Shown: one piece after another, positions 18,001 through 30,397 of the stretch | Position numbering within the stretch: the first letter of the stretch is position 1 | Layout: every line of letters begins with the position of its first letter | Assembly (NCBI GenBank): GCA_009914755.4 | Contig: CP086569.2 | Span: forward strand, 3,008,001-3,072,000 | Source: the human T2T-CHM13v2.0 reference genome, Homo sapiens | Length of the DNA: 64,000 nt | Reading direction: 5' to 3' | The notes under the pieces: model-generated | Told to the model about the DNA's origin: nothing | What the model saw: only the letters and a program-made list of their open reading frames with translations | The model's database searches: none | Program-made: the position numbers and the translations under genes

Positions 18001-19661
18001 CCAATCTTGGGGTAAAAACCAAAGTCATTTTAATAATGTATACAGTAATACACGTTTACACATCAGCAGGACTCACTCTTTCGGTTTTCTTAGGTGCTGA
18101 TTCAGATGTTACTTTCTGGTCCAGGCTTCTTCTGGCTATTATATTAAAATTATGCCCATTTTGTAATTCTTACACTTTGCCCCATCTTTAGTATTTTTTC
18201 ATACTTTTTCTTATATGAAATTTTCAATATGTTACTTGTTTTTGTTTCTCCTAACTTTTAAGAATGCAAGTACTAAGCTGTCATATATATTTTAAAATAT
18301 AGAAAATAATTAAGCATACGTTTTAATTCTGTGGGTTAAGAATTAAAGCGGGAATCAGCTGGGTGGTATTTGTTCCCATAATATTGGCTGGGGTTATTCA
18401 TGTAGTGGTACTCGGTTAGGAACTCTGCCGTAGCTAAGAAGTTCAGGGTAGCCTTGAACTACAGAGTTTCTCTCATTATGCTTCTCATCATTCAGTAATC
18501 TATCCTGGGCATTCCTTTTTTTCATTTTTATTTTAGATACGTAGGGTATATTTTATTTGAGATACAGGGGGTATTTTATCACATGGGTATAATGCACTCA
18601 GGAGGTGAGCATAGTTCACAACAGGTAGTTTTTTGAACCTTGCTTCCCTCCCTCCCTCACCTCTCTAGCAGTCTACACAGTGTCCATTGTTTCCATGTTT
18701 ATGTTCATGGGTGCTCAATGTTTAGCTCCCATTATAAATGAGAAGACATGGTATTTGGTCTTTTGTTCCTGCATTAATTTGCTTAGGATTATGGCCTCTA
18801 GTTCCATCCACATTGCTGCAAAGGACATAATTTTATTATATATTATGGCTGCATAGTATTCCATGGGGTATATGTACTACATTTTCTTTATTCAATCTAC
18901 CATTGATGGGCACATGGGTTGATTCCCTGTCTTCGCAATTGTGAATAGCACAGTGATGAACTTACGAGTGTATGTGCCTTTTTGGTAAAATCACTTATTT
19001 TTTGGGGGTGGGTATATACCCAGTAAAGGGATTACTGGGTTGAATGGTAGCTCTGTTTTAAGTTATTTGAGAAATCCCCAAACTACTTTCCACAGTGGCT
19101 GAACTAATTTACATTCCCATAAGCAGTGCATATGTGTTCCTTTTTCTCTACAACCTTGCCAACATTTGTTAGTTTACTTTTAATAATAGCCATTTTGACT
19201 GGTGTGAGATAGTATCTCATTGTGGATTTGATTTGTGATTAGTGACTGATGATTAGTGATGTCGAGCAAATATTTTTCATGTTTGTTGGCTGCTTTTCTC
19301 TCTTTTGAGAAGTGTTTGCTCGTTTACTTTGACCATTTTTAATTGGGTTATTTGGTTTTTGCTTGTTGAATTAAGTTCCTTATAGATTCTGAATATCAGA
19401 CCTTTGTCTCATACATAGTTTGCAAGTATTTTCTCCCATTTGGTAGATTGTCTGTTTGCTCTCTTGATAGTTTCTTTTGCTGTCCAGAAGCTTTTTTTAG
19501 TTTAATTAGGTCCAGTTTGTCTATATTTTTGGGTGGGGGTATAATTGCTGTTGGGGACTTAGCCAAAAATTATTTGCCAAGGCAGATGCTGAGAAGGGTA
19601 TTTTTTACATGTCTTCTAAGATTTTTATACTCTGAAGTCTTACATTTAAATATTAGATTTT

Positions 19662-19938
19662 GCCGAGCATGGTGGCTCACACCTGTGATCCTAGCCCTTT
19701 GGGAGGTCGAGACAGGCAGATCATTTGAGCCCAGAAGTTTGAGACCAGCCTGGCAATATGTACAAAATAATACAAAAATGAGCCGGGCATGGTAATGTAT
19801 ACCTGTGGTCCCAGCAACTCTGGTGACTGAGGTAGGAGGATCACCTGAGTCCAGTTGGTTGAGGCTGTAGTAAGCCACGATTGTACCACTGCACACCAGT
19901 CTGGCGACAGAGTGACATCCTCTCTTAAAAAAAAAAAA
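19662..19938 (+). mobile_element. Alu SINE nested in the minus-strand L1
   Basis: gccgagcatggtggctcacacctgtgatcctagccctttgggaggtcgagacaggcagatcatttgagcccagaagtttgagaccagcctggc...gccgggcatggtaatgtatacctgtggtcccagc...ccactgcacaccagtctggcgacagagtgacatcctctcttaaaaaaaaaaaa. Confidence 0.9.
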
Positions 19939-21031
19939 TTAAATGTATCTTGAGTTAATTTTTGTACACAGTGAAATGCAATGGTCTAGTTTCATTCTTC
20001 CGCATATGGCCAGCCAGTTATCCCAGCACCATTTATTGAATAGGGAATCCTTTCTCCATTGCTTGCTATTGATGGCCTTGTCAAAGATCATATGGTTGTA
20101 AGTGTGCAGCCTTATTTCTGAGTTTTCTATTCAGTTCCATTGGTCTATGTGTCTGTTTTTGTACCAGTAACATGCTGTTTGGTTGTTATAGACTTACAGC
20201 ATAGTTTGAATTCAGGTAGTGTGATTCCTTCAGCTTTAGTCTTTAAGCTTAGGATTGGTTTGGATTTGGGGGAATTTTTGATTCCATATAAATTTTAGAA
20301 TGGTTTTTTTGTTTGTTTTGTTTGTTTTTGCTAATTCTAGAAAAATGGTGTTAGTTGTTGGATAGGAGTAGTGTTAAATCTGTAAATTGTTTTGGGCAGA
20401 ATGGCCATATTACTATTGATTCTTTTAACCTATGAGCATGGAATATTTTTCCAATTATTTATGTCATCTCTGATGTCTTTAAGCAGTTTTTTTAGTTCTC
20501 CTCGAAGAGCTCTTTCATCTCCTTATTTAGCTGTATTCTAAGGTATTTAATTTTCTTTGTGGATATGTAAATGGGATTTTTTTCTTGATTTGACTCCCGG
20601 CCAGGGCATTATTGTAGTATAGAAATGCTACTAATTTTTGTGCTTTCATTTTATATACTGAAATTTTGCTAAACTCATTTATCAGTTCTAGTAGTCATTT
20701 GATAGTGTCTTTAGGGTTTTCTACATATAAAATGATATTGTCAGCAAAAGAGATACTTTGATTTTTCTTTTCCTATTTGGATGCCTTTTATTTCTTTATC
20801 TTTCCTGATCGACCTGGCTAGAAATTACAGTACTATGTTGAATAGTAGTGGTGAGAGTGGGCATCCCTGTCTTGTTACAGTTCTAAAAAGGAATAGTTCC
20901 AGCTTTTGCCCATTCAGTATGATATTGGCTGTAGGTTTGTCAAAGGTGGATTATTTTAAGGTATATTAGGTATATTCCTCCATTGCCTACAATGCTGAGG
21001 GTTTTATCATGAAACAAAGTTGGATTTTATC

Positions 21032-21212
21032 AGCCTGGCGTGGTGGCTCACGCCTGTAATCCCAACACTTTGGGAGGCCAAGGCGGGCGGATCAGGAGGT
21101 CAGGAGTTCAAGACCAGCCTGGCCAACATGGTGAAACTCCGTCTCTACTAAAAATACAAAAATTAGCTGGGTGCGGTGGCGCCTGCCACCTGTACTGCTG
21201 GATTTGGTTTGC
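21032..21212 (+). mobile_element. Alu SINE, left monomer plus the start of the right monomer, 3'-truncated, nested in the minus-strand L1
   Basis: gcctggcgtggtggctcacgcctgtaatcccaacactttgggaggccaaggcgggcggatcaggaggtcaggagttcaagaccagcctggccaacatggtgaaactccgtctctactaaaaatacaaaaattagctgggtgcggtggcgcctgccacctgtact. L1 antisense sequence then resumes with no Alu right arm and no poly(A). About 150 bp of L1 antisense sequence, by my recollection of the consensus, is missing at the same junction. Confidence 0.8.
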
Positions 21213-24200
21213 TAATATTTTGTTGAGGATTTTGCATTTATGATAATCAGGGATATTGGCCTGAAGTTTTCTTTCTTTGTCGGGTCTCTGTCAGATTTTG
21301 GTATTAGGCTGATGCTGGCTTCATAGAATGAGTTATGGAGGAGTCCCTTCTGTTTTATTTTTTTGTAATAGTTTGAGCAGTGTTGATACCAGTTCTTTAT
21401 ATGTCCAGTAAAATTTGGCTGTCAATCCATCTGCTTAGGAATTTTTTCACTTGGTTTTTTTTATTATTACTGATTCAATTTCAGAGCAAAATATTGGTCA
21501 GTTCAGTGTTTCAGTCCTCCTTGTTCAATTTTGGGAGATTGTATGTTTCCAGGAATTTGTCAATTTCCTCTAGATTTTCTAATTTTTGTGCATAGAGTTG
21601 TTGATAGTATTCTTTGTGGATCTTTTGTATTTCTGTGTGATCAATTATAATGTCATCTTTGTCATTTTTGATTGTAATTATATGGATTTTTCTTAGTGGT
21701 CTACCAATCTTGTTTTTTTTTTTTTTCAAAGAACAAGATTTTCATATCCTTGATCTTTTTATAAATTTTTGCATCTCAATTTCATTAAGTTCTCTAATTT
21801 TAGTTATTTCTTTTCTTCTGCTAGTTTTCGCAGGTTTTCTTTGCCCTGCTAGTTCGTTTTGGTACAAAGATTGTTAGTTTCAGCTCTTTCTAACTTTTTG
21901 ATGAGGGCATTTGGGGCTATAAACTTCCCTCTTAATACTGCTTTAGTTGCATCCTAGAGGTATTGCTAAGTTGTGTCCCTATTTTCATTAATTTCAAAAA
22001 ATGTTTTATTTCTGCCTTAATATTGATGTTCACCCAGGAGTTATTCAGAAACAAGTTATTTAATTTCCATGTATTTGCATAGTTTTTAGAGATCTTGATA
22101 TTGATTTCTATTTTTATTGCTCTGTTGTCTGAGAGTATGCTTGGTATGATTTTAATTTTTTTGAATTTATTGAATCTTGTATTATGACCAAGTATGTGGT
22201 CAATCTTAGAATATGTTCCATGCACAGATACGAAAAATGTATATTCTGTGGTTGGTTGTTGGAGTGTTCTGTAGATGTCTATTGGCTCCAATTGGTCAAG
22301 TGTCAATTGTAAATCCAGAGTTTCTTAGTTTTCTGCCTTGATAATGTGTCTAACACTGTCAGTGGGGCGTTGAAGTCTCCCACTGTCATTGTGTGACGTT
22401 TAAATCTCTTTGTAGATCTCTACGAACTTGTTTTCTGAATCTCATTGCTGTGACATTGGGTGCTTACATATTTAGAATAATTAAGTCTTCTTGTGGAATT
22501 TTACTCTTTATCATTATTTAATGTCTTTCATTGCCCTTAATTTTTATTGGTTTAAGGTCTGTTTTATTTGATATAAATACAGTGGTGACTCCTACGCTGA
22601 TTTGTTTTCCATTTGCATGGTAGATCTTAATCCCTTTACTTTGAGCCTTTGGGTATTGTTACATGTGAGACTGGTCTCTTGAAGATAACAGATGGTTGGT
22701 CTTGCTTTTTATCTAGCTTGGCACTCTATGTCTTTTAAGAGTGGTATTTAGGCTATTTACATTGAAAGTTAATATTGTTGTGTGTAACTTTGAACCTCTC
22801 ATCATGTTGTTAGCTGGTTGTTATGCAGATTTTATTGTGTAACAGCTTTATAGTGCCTATGGGCTATGTAGCTGTGTGTTTTTATGGTAGCAGGTATCAT
22901 TTTTTTGGTTCTATGTTTAACACTCCCTTAAGGGCCTCTTGTAATGCTGGTCTAGTAGAAACACATTTCTTCAGCACTTGTTTTCTGAGGATTTTATTTC
23001 TCCTTCACTTATGCAGCTTAGTTTGGCAGAATATGAAATTCTTGGTTGGAATTTCTTTTCTTTAAGGATGCTGGAAAAAAGGCCGCACTCTCTTCTGGCT
23101 TGCAACGTTTTTGCTGAGAGTTCTGCTGCCAGCCTGATGGGGTCTCCTCTGTGTGTGACTTGACCCTTCTCTCTAGCTGCCTTCAAGATTTTTTCTTTTG
23201 CTTTGACCATGCTGAATATGATGAATATATGCCTTGAGGATAGTGATTTTTTTTTATAGTATCTAGCCAGGGTTCTCTATTTCTTGGATTTGTGTCAACC
23301 TTCCTAGCAAGATTAGGGAAATTTTCATGGACTATATCCTCAGATATATTTTTCAAGTTGTTTATTCTCTTTTTTCTCTCTCAAGAAGGCCAATAAGTAG
23401 CAGATTTGTTCTCTTTTCATAATCTCATATTTATCAGAGATTTTGTTCATTTTTTAAATTCCTTTTTCTTTATTTTTATCTGACTGAGCTGATTCAAATA
23501 AGTGGAACTCAAGCTCTGATATTGCTTCCCCAGCTTGACCTCTTCTGCTGTTCCTAATTCTGATAGTATTCTGAAATTCTTGTAGTGACTTTTTCCTTTC
23601 CAGAAGTTCAGTTTAGTTCTTTCTTAAAATGGTTATTTTGTCTTTCAGGTCTTAGATAATTTTACTGGATTCCTTGGTTTCCCTGTATTGTGTTACCACT
23701 TTCTTCTGAATCTTGATGAGCTCCCTTGCCATCCAGATTCTGTATTCTATTTCTGTTATTTCAGTCATTTCAGACTGGTTATGAACCATTGCCAGAGAGC
23801 TAGTGGACTCGTTTGAAGGTAAGGGGACACTCTGGCTCTTTTAATTGCCAGATTTCTTGTGCTGATTTTTTGTCATCTGGGACAGTTGGTGTTAAAGCCA
23901 TGCTGTAAGTTGAGTATAGTCAGTTGGCTTCATTCCTGGATACTTTCAGAGGGCCAAGGTGCTGTACAGGATCTTTATTTGTGGATGAATTCTTGTGCTT
24001 GGTTTTACAGGTATACATGTTAGTGGGATAATTTTTGGTGCTGTTTGGGCTGTGATCCAGTAGACGGTGCTTAAGAGTAATCGCCAGTAGCCAGGCTAAT
24101 ACCCAGCCATATGGCTCTTTTGTACTTCCTCATGTTAACAGGTATTTTCTGCAGTAGGGGCAGGGAGAAAGATGTTTCTCTCACCAGATCCATTCAAGGG

Positions 24201-25418
24201 ACTTGGGGGACCCTCCTCCAATCACTGGTACTGTGCTTGCATTTCTTTTGTTAGATGTTCCAGGCCATGGGGCCCCCTTGGGCACAGACTGTGGCAGGGA
24301 GACGTCCCACACCTTTTCTGGACCAGCCCTGTGGAGGGAAGAATGCTTTGCTCCCTCTCCAGCCTGGGAACCTGCACATCTTGCCCCTCTCAGTGCTCTC
24401 AGGATAAGGGCTCCTCCTCTGCTTGAGTGCTGGCCACAGACTGCAGCTCTGCACTCCTGAACTGCATGCTGCACCCTCTAGGGGCACCAGGAAATCCCAT
24501 GGCTTGGGGTTGGGTTCCAGCTGCATTGGAGGATTCAGTGTACTCCTGGTTCTCTGATAATGTACTCAGGTGTAGCAGTGTACTCGTGCTGGGCCATGGA
24601 GGCTACACTGTGCATCTGTTTTCTGGGGTAGCTAGACATGGGCCAAAGGATGGGCTGGTGGACAGGAGGGCTTGCAGAACAGATCCTGTCTAGTACAACA
24701 GGGAAGCCGGCCCCACTTTCTCCTGGCTCAGGTAAACTTGGGCAGTGCCTCCTGAAAAGGGATGGGGAACCTGGGGGATGCGCATCTCTGATGACTGTCT
24801 GTTGGTGCTGCCCAGCAAACAAAAGCTCCTGGGCTCTGTGCCATCTGAGGGACTGTCGCTGCCTGCTCCCTAAGGAGATCTCCCTACCAGCTCACACATC
24901 CATGGATGACATGAGGTATCCTGCAGCTAGGATCTCGGAGTTCCATGGCAAGAGGGAACCATCCCCCAGTTCCCTCTTCATCCCTTTCCCAGAAGCCATT
25001 TGGGGCCAGGAACTAGATCTAGTGTTTGGGAATGCGTGGAGGATTACCAGCTTCCTCTCTCTTCAACCTCAGCTTCAACATCACCCCTCTATACATTCTC
25101 AGCCTTTTATTTCCAAAAAACTGTCCAAATTATGGTGGTTTACAAGATGATTCAGTCTCACTTGGTGCAAGCAGCACTTCCTGGCTGCATCTAGTTGGCC
25201 ATCGTGCCCTTTTATATGCAGGCATACCTCAGAAATATTGTGGGTTTGGTTCCAGACCATTGCAATGAAACAAATATCAAAATAAAGCTAGTCACTTTTT
25301 TAAATTTTGCTTTCCCAGGGTGTATAAAAGTTACTTTTACACTATACCATAGTCTATTAAATGTGCAATAGCATTATGTCTAAGAAAACAATGTATATAC
25401 TTTAATTTAAAAACACCT

Positions 25419-25730
25419 GGCCTGGCACTGTGCCTCAAGCCTGTAATCTTAGCACTTTAGGAGGACAAGGCAGAACTGTTTGAGCCCAGAAATTCGAGAT
25501 CAGCCTGGCAACATGACGAAATGCTGTCTCTATAAAAAAATACAAAAAATTAGCTGGGTGTGGTGGCACATGTCTGTGGTCCCAGCTACTCAGGAGATTG
25601 AGGTGGGAAGATCACCTGAGCCCAGCAGTTCAAAGCTTCAGTGAGTCACGATTGCACCACTGCGCTCTAGCCTGGGTGACAGAGTGAGACTCTGTCTCCA
25701 AAAATTAAAACAACAACAACAACAACAACA
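25419..25730 (+). mobile_element. Alu SINE inserted in Tigger1, with an 8-bp TSD aaaaacac
   Basis: ggcctggcactgtgcctcaagcctgtaatcttagcactttaggaggacaaggcagaactgtttgagcccag...gagtgagactctgtctccaaaaattaaaacaacaacaacaacaacaacaaaaacac. The flank aaaaacac is repeated on both sides. Confidence 0.9.
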
Positions 25731-25789
25731 AAAACACACTTTATTTCACTAACAACTGTCCAACCCTTCAGTGAGTCATAATTTTTTTG

Positions 25790-27492
25790 CTGTGGAAGAT
25801 CTTGCCTCTATGTTGATGGCTGCTATCTGATCTCATTTGTGATTGCTGAAAGTTGGGGTGGCTCTGGCAATTTCTTAAAATAAGAGAACAATAAAGTTAG
25901 TCGCATCAATTGATTCTTCTTTTCATGAAACATTTATCTGTGGCATGTGATGCTTTTTGATAGCATTTTACTCACAGTACCACTTCTTTCAAAATTGGAG
26001 TCAATTCTATTCAACTCTGACACTACATGATCCGTTTATGTAACTTTCTAAACCCTTTGCTGTCATGTCAACAATGTTCATAGCATCTTTACTAGGAGTA
26101 AATTTCATCTCAACAAACCACTTTCTTTGATCATCCATAATAAGCAACTACTGATCTGTTCAAGTTTTATGATGAGATTGCAGCATTTTAGTCACATATT
26201 CAGGCACCACTTCTAATTCTAGGATGCTTTCTGTTTCTGCCATAACTTCAGTTACTTCCTCCACTTAAGTCTTAAACCTCTCAAAGTCATGCATGAGGTT
26301 TGGAATCAACTTCTGTTAAATTTGATGGTTTGACCTCCTCTCATGAATCACAAGTGTGCTTAATGAAATCTATAATGATGAATTCTTTCCAGAAGGTTTT
26401 CAGTATTTTTTGCCCAAATCCACCAGAGAATTGTTATCTACATCAACTATGGTCTTATAAAATATTTTTATTAAACTATAGTACTTGAAAGTCAAAATTA
26501 CTCCTTGATCTATGGACTGCAGAATGGTTGTGGTATTAGCAGGCATAAAAACAACATTAATCTCCCTGTACACCTCCTTCAGAGCTCTGGGGTGTCTAGA
26601 TGAATTGTCAATGAGCAGCCATACTTTGAAAGAAATGTCTTTTTTCTAAGCAGTAGGTCTCAACAGTGGATTTAAAATATTCAGTAAACTATACTGTAAA
26701 CAAATATGTTGTCATCCAGGCTTTGTTCTTCCATTTATAGAGCATATGCAGAGTATATCTGGCATATTTTTAAGAGCCTTGGAATTTTTAAATGGTAAAT
26801 AAGCATTGGCTTCAACTTAAAGTGGTCAGCTGCATTAGGCCCTAACAAGAGAGTCAGCCTGTCCTTTGAAGCTTAGAAGCCGATATTGACTTCTTTCTAA
26901 CAGTAAAACTCTAGATGGCATCTTCTTTTAATATATAAGGCTGTTTGGTCTACGTTGAATATTCATTATTTAATATAGCCACCCTCATCAAGTAACTAGA
27001 TCTTCTGATTAACTTTCTGCAGCACTTACTGCTTCACCTTGCACTTTTAGGTTATGGAGATGGCTTCTTTCTTTAAACCTCATGAACCAACCTCTATTAC
27101 CTTCCACTCTTTTTTTTCTGCAGCTTCCTCACTTCTTTCAGCCTTCATAGAATTGAAGTGAGATAAAGCTTTGCCCTGAATTGGGCTGTGTCTGAAGGGA
27201 ATGATGTGGCTGATTTGATCCTCTGTCCAGATTACTGAAACTTTGTCTATACCAGCAATAAGCCTATTTCACTTTATTATCTTTTGGATGTTCACAGGAG
27301 TAGCACTTTTAATGTCCTTCAATAACTTTTTCTTTGCCTTCAAAAGCTGGCTAAATATTTGGCACATGAGGCCTTGTTTTTACCACTCTGAGCTTTCAAC
27401 ATGCTTTCTTCACTAAGCTTAATCATTTCTAACTTTTGATTTAAAGTGAGAGATATGTGACTCTTCTTTTTACTTGAATACTTAGAGTCCAT
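25790..27492 (-). pseudogene. Tigger1 pogo/CENP-B-like transposase remnant, frameshifted
   Basis: The minus-strand ORF at 27340..27696 contains [50 protein letters not shown]. This matches the Tigger1 transposase N-terminus [51 protein letters not shown] (CENP-B-type HTH). Downstream DNA is collinear with the consensus transposase but broken into short ORFs. Confidence 0.65.
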
Positions 27493-29981
27493 TATAGAGT
27501 TATTCACTGGTATAATGTCAAAATTGTTGTCTGTCAGGGAATAGGGAGGCCTGAAAAGAGGGAGGGAGAAGGGGAAATGGCCAGTCAGTGGGTAGTCAAC
27601 AGAACACATACACCATTTATATATTAAGTTTGCTATTTTACATGGGTATGGTTTGTGGCATCCCAAAATAATTACAATAGTAATATCAAAAATCATTGAT
27701 TACGGATCACTACAACAGATATAAGAATAAGGAAAAAGTTTGAAATAATGTGAGAATTACAAATATGTGATGTAGACACAAAGTGAACATGTGCTGTTAA
27801 AAAAAAAAGGCACCAATAGACTTGCTTTATGCAAGGCAAAACTTCAATTTGTAAAAAACATGGTATCTATGAAGCACAATTAAGCGAAGCACAGTAAAAA
27901 GAGATGGTATTTATTTTCTATTTATTTTGCAAAACAATTCTGCCTGTTCTTAAATCATATAATATGTCCATCTCTAGAACCAAGTGGGGCTTGTGGCAAT
28001 TTTGGAGCAGCTTCCCAAAATAATCACATTTGAAGAGAAACTATATATTTGGAATTTTGCACAGGTTCTTTTGATATAATTAAACAATGAAAGTTCAAAA
28101 TTGAACCTTAATTATGTTAAGAAAATAAAATTTAGTTTCAGTGTTGCATGGCTTGCTCCTCAGTCCCCAAAAGCAAAGAATATAAGGCAGTCATTTCTGC
28201 CATCCTATCTAATGAATAACTTGGCAAATAGCTTCTTGATAACATAGCTACCATTTTAATCTGGTTGGAAAGTTTGAGGATAATTAAAATTTTTAGCTGA
28301 AACTCCTGCCTTGAATGAAAACCACCAGGCATTTTTATCCGTATTCCTATTTTGATAATCAAATCTTTGATGGTGAGCAGGTAAATATATTATTTGCATT
28401 TACCAAAAAACAAAACAAAACAGCACAAAGGCTTAAAAGTTTAGATGGCTTGCCTAAAGTTGCATAGGTAGTTAGTAAGTGACAATACCAAACTAATATG
28501 CCTTGTTATCTTGTGGCAATTACACTAAATTACACTCCACTCCATGTCTAAAAATTAGAAAGCAGAGATATAAACATCCATATCATTTATTTTAAAGTAC
28601 CGTTAATTGTTGTTTATTTATACGGTTTAATGATTTGGCTTCCCAGAATGCTGGGCTTTCTTAGCTTCCATCAGAGCACAAAGAAATCATGAACCACATC
28701 ATGCTCTGTTAACTTCAGGCCTAGTTGTTAGTACTAATAACATAAGATAATAATTGCAAATAAGTGTCATTTTTGTTTGTACTTTTATTGCATATCACTT
28801 CAGCCTTTATTTCCTACCATGCTCTATGTGAATTCTTCCAAAAGAAATTTTGTGTAATACATATTTAAAAATGCATCAAGGAAACACATTTTAAAAAACA
28901 ATGGCATTTCAGGAAATGACTAGAATTGTGCAAGTTACACTCATTATGGGCATGGCTTAATTTTTCATGCATCTGTCCAACTGCTGTTTCATTTTTTTTT
29001 GATGTTCCAATTGTACCAATCTGGACATATTTGAATAAATGTTCTAACTGTATTCTATTTGTTTAAATAAGGGGAAAAATTAGCATCTCTACCTGCCTGA
29101 TATTTCCTGTCTTTCTTCTTTATCTAGTTCAAACAAAGAAGATAAAAATTATAACTGTTTGAAAAAACAATGGAGACATTAACTGTGACATTTAAGGTAA
29201 AATAAACATCAATATTTAAAAGAAGAAAATAGTTCATACTATTTTGCACACCAATATTTCTGAATGTTTTAAACTTGAAAATTTAGGTAGCAAAGGTGGG
29301 CTTTATAAATAGTAAAAGAAGCAGTAATGATACAGTTATTTTTATAGAATATGACAGATTATTCAGAGATTTTTATGTTAATGCCCTTTATGTGGGTTGA
29401 AAATCATTGAATATCGTTGTTTTACTCAACTCAGGCTAAATTAGCACCATCTTCTTTAGGAGACCATGTCATAGCATGGCAGAAATTCACATTTAAAAAC
29501 TCAGGGACACTTCCCAAGGAAAAATTCTCGTCTTTTTTCTTTTGGGCAGGTATAGCTTTAGGCAAACCTGTAAAATCTGTAAAGCTCATATTTAGAGCTT
29601 GTTGTATCACCTTTTCTTATTTTTCTGGAATCCAAGGTGTTTGATCTGTCCTAGAAGAATTCTTTCATTATTTTTTTCTGTCTGAGGCCCTATATTACAT
29701 GGGAAGAGACAATTTTCAACCCAATAATTCTTCTTATCATCTAGGCTTGGGGTTTTGATTTAATATGGCTGAACTTTCATTTCCCAATTCACATTCTTGG
29801 TTAGAAAGCAATCTTTCTTACCACTTCCTCAAGTCTTTTGTTTATTTGTTTGTTTATTTATTCATTTATTAGTTTCTCCTTTACAGATAGGACTGGATTT
29901 TGAGGCTTCTAGCTTTATAACAATCTACCTCACCTGAGTAGGGACCCAAAATTGATGTATCTCCCTAAGCCATAAAATTCT

Positions 29982-30304
29982 GGCTTGGCGCAGTGGCCAA
30001 AGTCTATAATTCCAGCACTTTGGGAGACCAAGGCAGGAGAATCGCTTCAGCCCGGGAGTTTGAGACCAGCCTGGGGAATATGGTGAAACCCCATCTCTAC
30101 AAAAACATACAAAAAATTAGCTGAGCATGGTGATGTGTGCCTATAGTCCCAGCTATTCAGGAGACTGAGCTAGGAGGATCACTTGAGCGCAGGCAGAGTT
30201 TGCAGTGAACCATGATCACAGCACTGCACTACAGCTTGGGTGACAGAGTGATACCCTGTTTAAAACAAAAAAAAAAAAAAAAAAAAGAAAAGAAAGAAAA
30301 AAAA
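29982..30304 (+). mobile_element. Alu SINE with a long A-rich tail
   Basis: ggcttggcgcagtggccaaagtctataattccagcactttgggagaccaaggcaggagaatcgcttcagcccgggagtttgagaccagcctggggaatatggtgaaaccccatctctac...gcactgcactacagcttgggtgacagagtgataccctgtttaaaacaaaaaaaaaaaaaaaaaaaagaaaagaaagaaaaaaaa. Confidence 0.9.
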
Positions 30305-30397
30305 TCCTAGCTGACTGTTCTATGGTCTGTAGGTAGGTTTTATAGAGTGAAGGGCTAACATTCTTTTGGTTTTAGCTTACCATTCTCACTTTGTTAT

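Larger units (their letters stand above)
18516..25218 (-). mobile_element. Full-length older primate LINE-1 (L1PB/L1PA-old-like) in reverse orientation, about 6.7 kb including nested Alus; ORFs degenerate
   Basis: Left end: poly(T) then cattttattttagatacgtagggtatattttatttgag..., the reverse complement of an older L1 3'UTR. It continues with tatggctgcatagtattccatggggtatatgtactacattttc, the reverse complement of the ORF2 C-terminal region. Minus-strand ORFs read MTLDQLEPIDIYRTLQQPTTEYTFFVSVHGTYSKIDHILGHNTRFNKFKKIKIIPSILSDNRAIKIEINIKISK (ORF2 endonuclease end), [72 protein letters not shown] (ORF2 RT N-terminus) and MVKAKEKILKAAREKGQVTHRGDPIRLAAELSAKTLQARRECGLFSSILKEKKFQPRISYSAKLSCISEGEIK (ORF1 C-terminus). 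A GC-rich 5'UTR-like region covers 23.96-25.2 kb. Confidence 0.82.
25219..27912 (-). mobile_element. Tigger1 DNA transposon (TcMar-Tigger, pogo-like), essentially full length, about 2.4 kb plus an Alu insertion
   Basis: It begins caggcatacctcagaaatattgtgggtttggttccagaccattgcaatgaaacaaatatcaaaataaagctagtcac and ends ...acttcaatttgtaaaaaacatggtatctatgaagcacaattaagcgaagcacagtaaaaagagatggtat. These match the two Tigger1 termini (CAGGCATACCTCGTTTTATTGCGCTTCGC... and ...GCAATATCTCTGAGGTATGCCTG) in reverse-complement orientation. The interior is collinear with the Tigger1 consensus throughout. Confidence 0.88.

Noticed and set aside
22971-23210. 79-aa minus-strand ORF MVKAKEKILKAAREKGQVTHRGDPIRL...
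   Set aside because: It is the C-terminal fragment of ORF1 of the minus-strand L1. It is a pseudogene piece, already covered by the mobile-element call.
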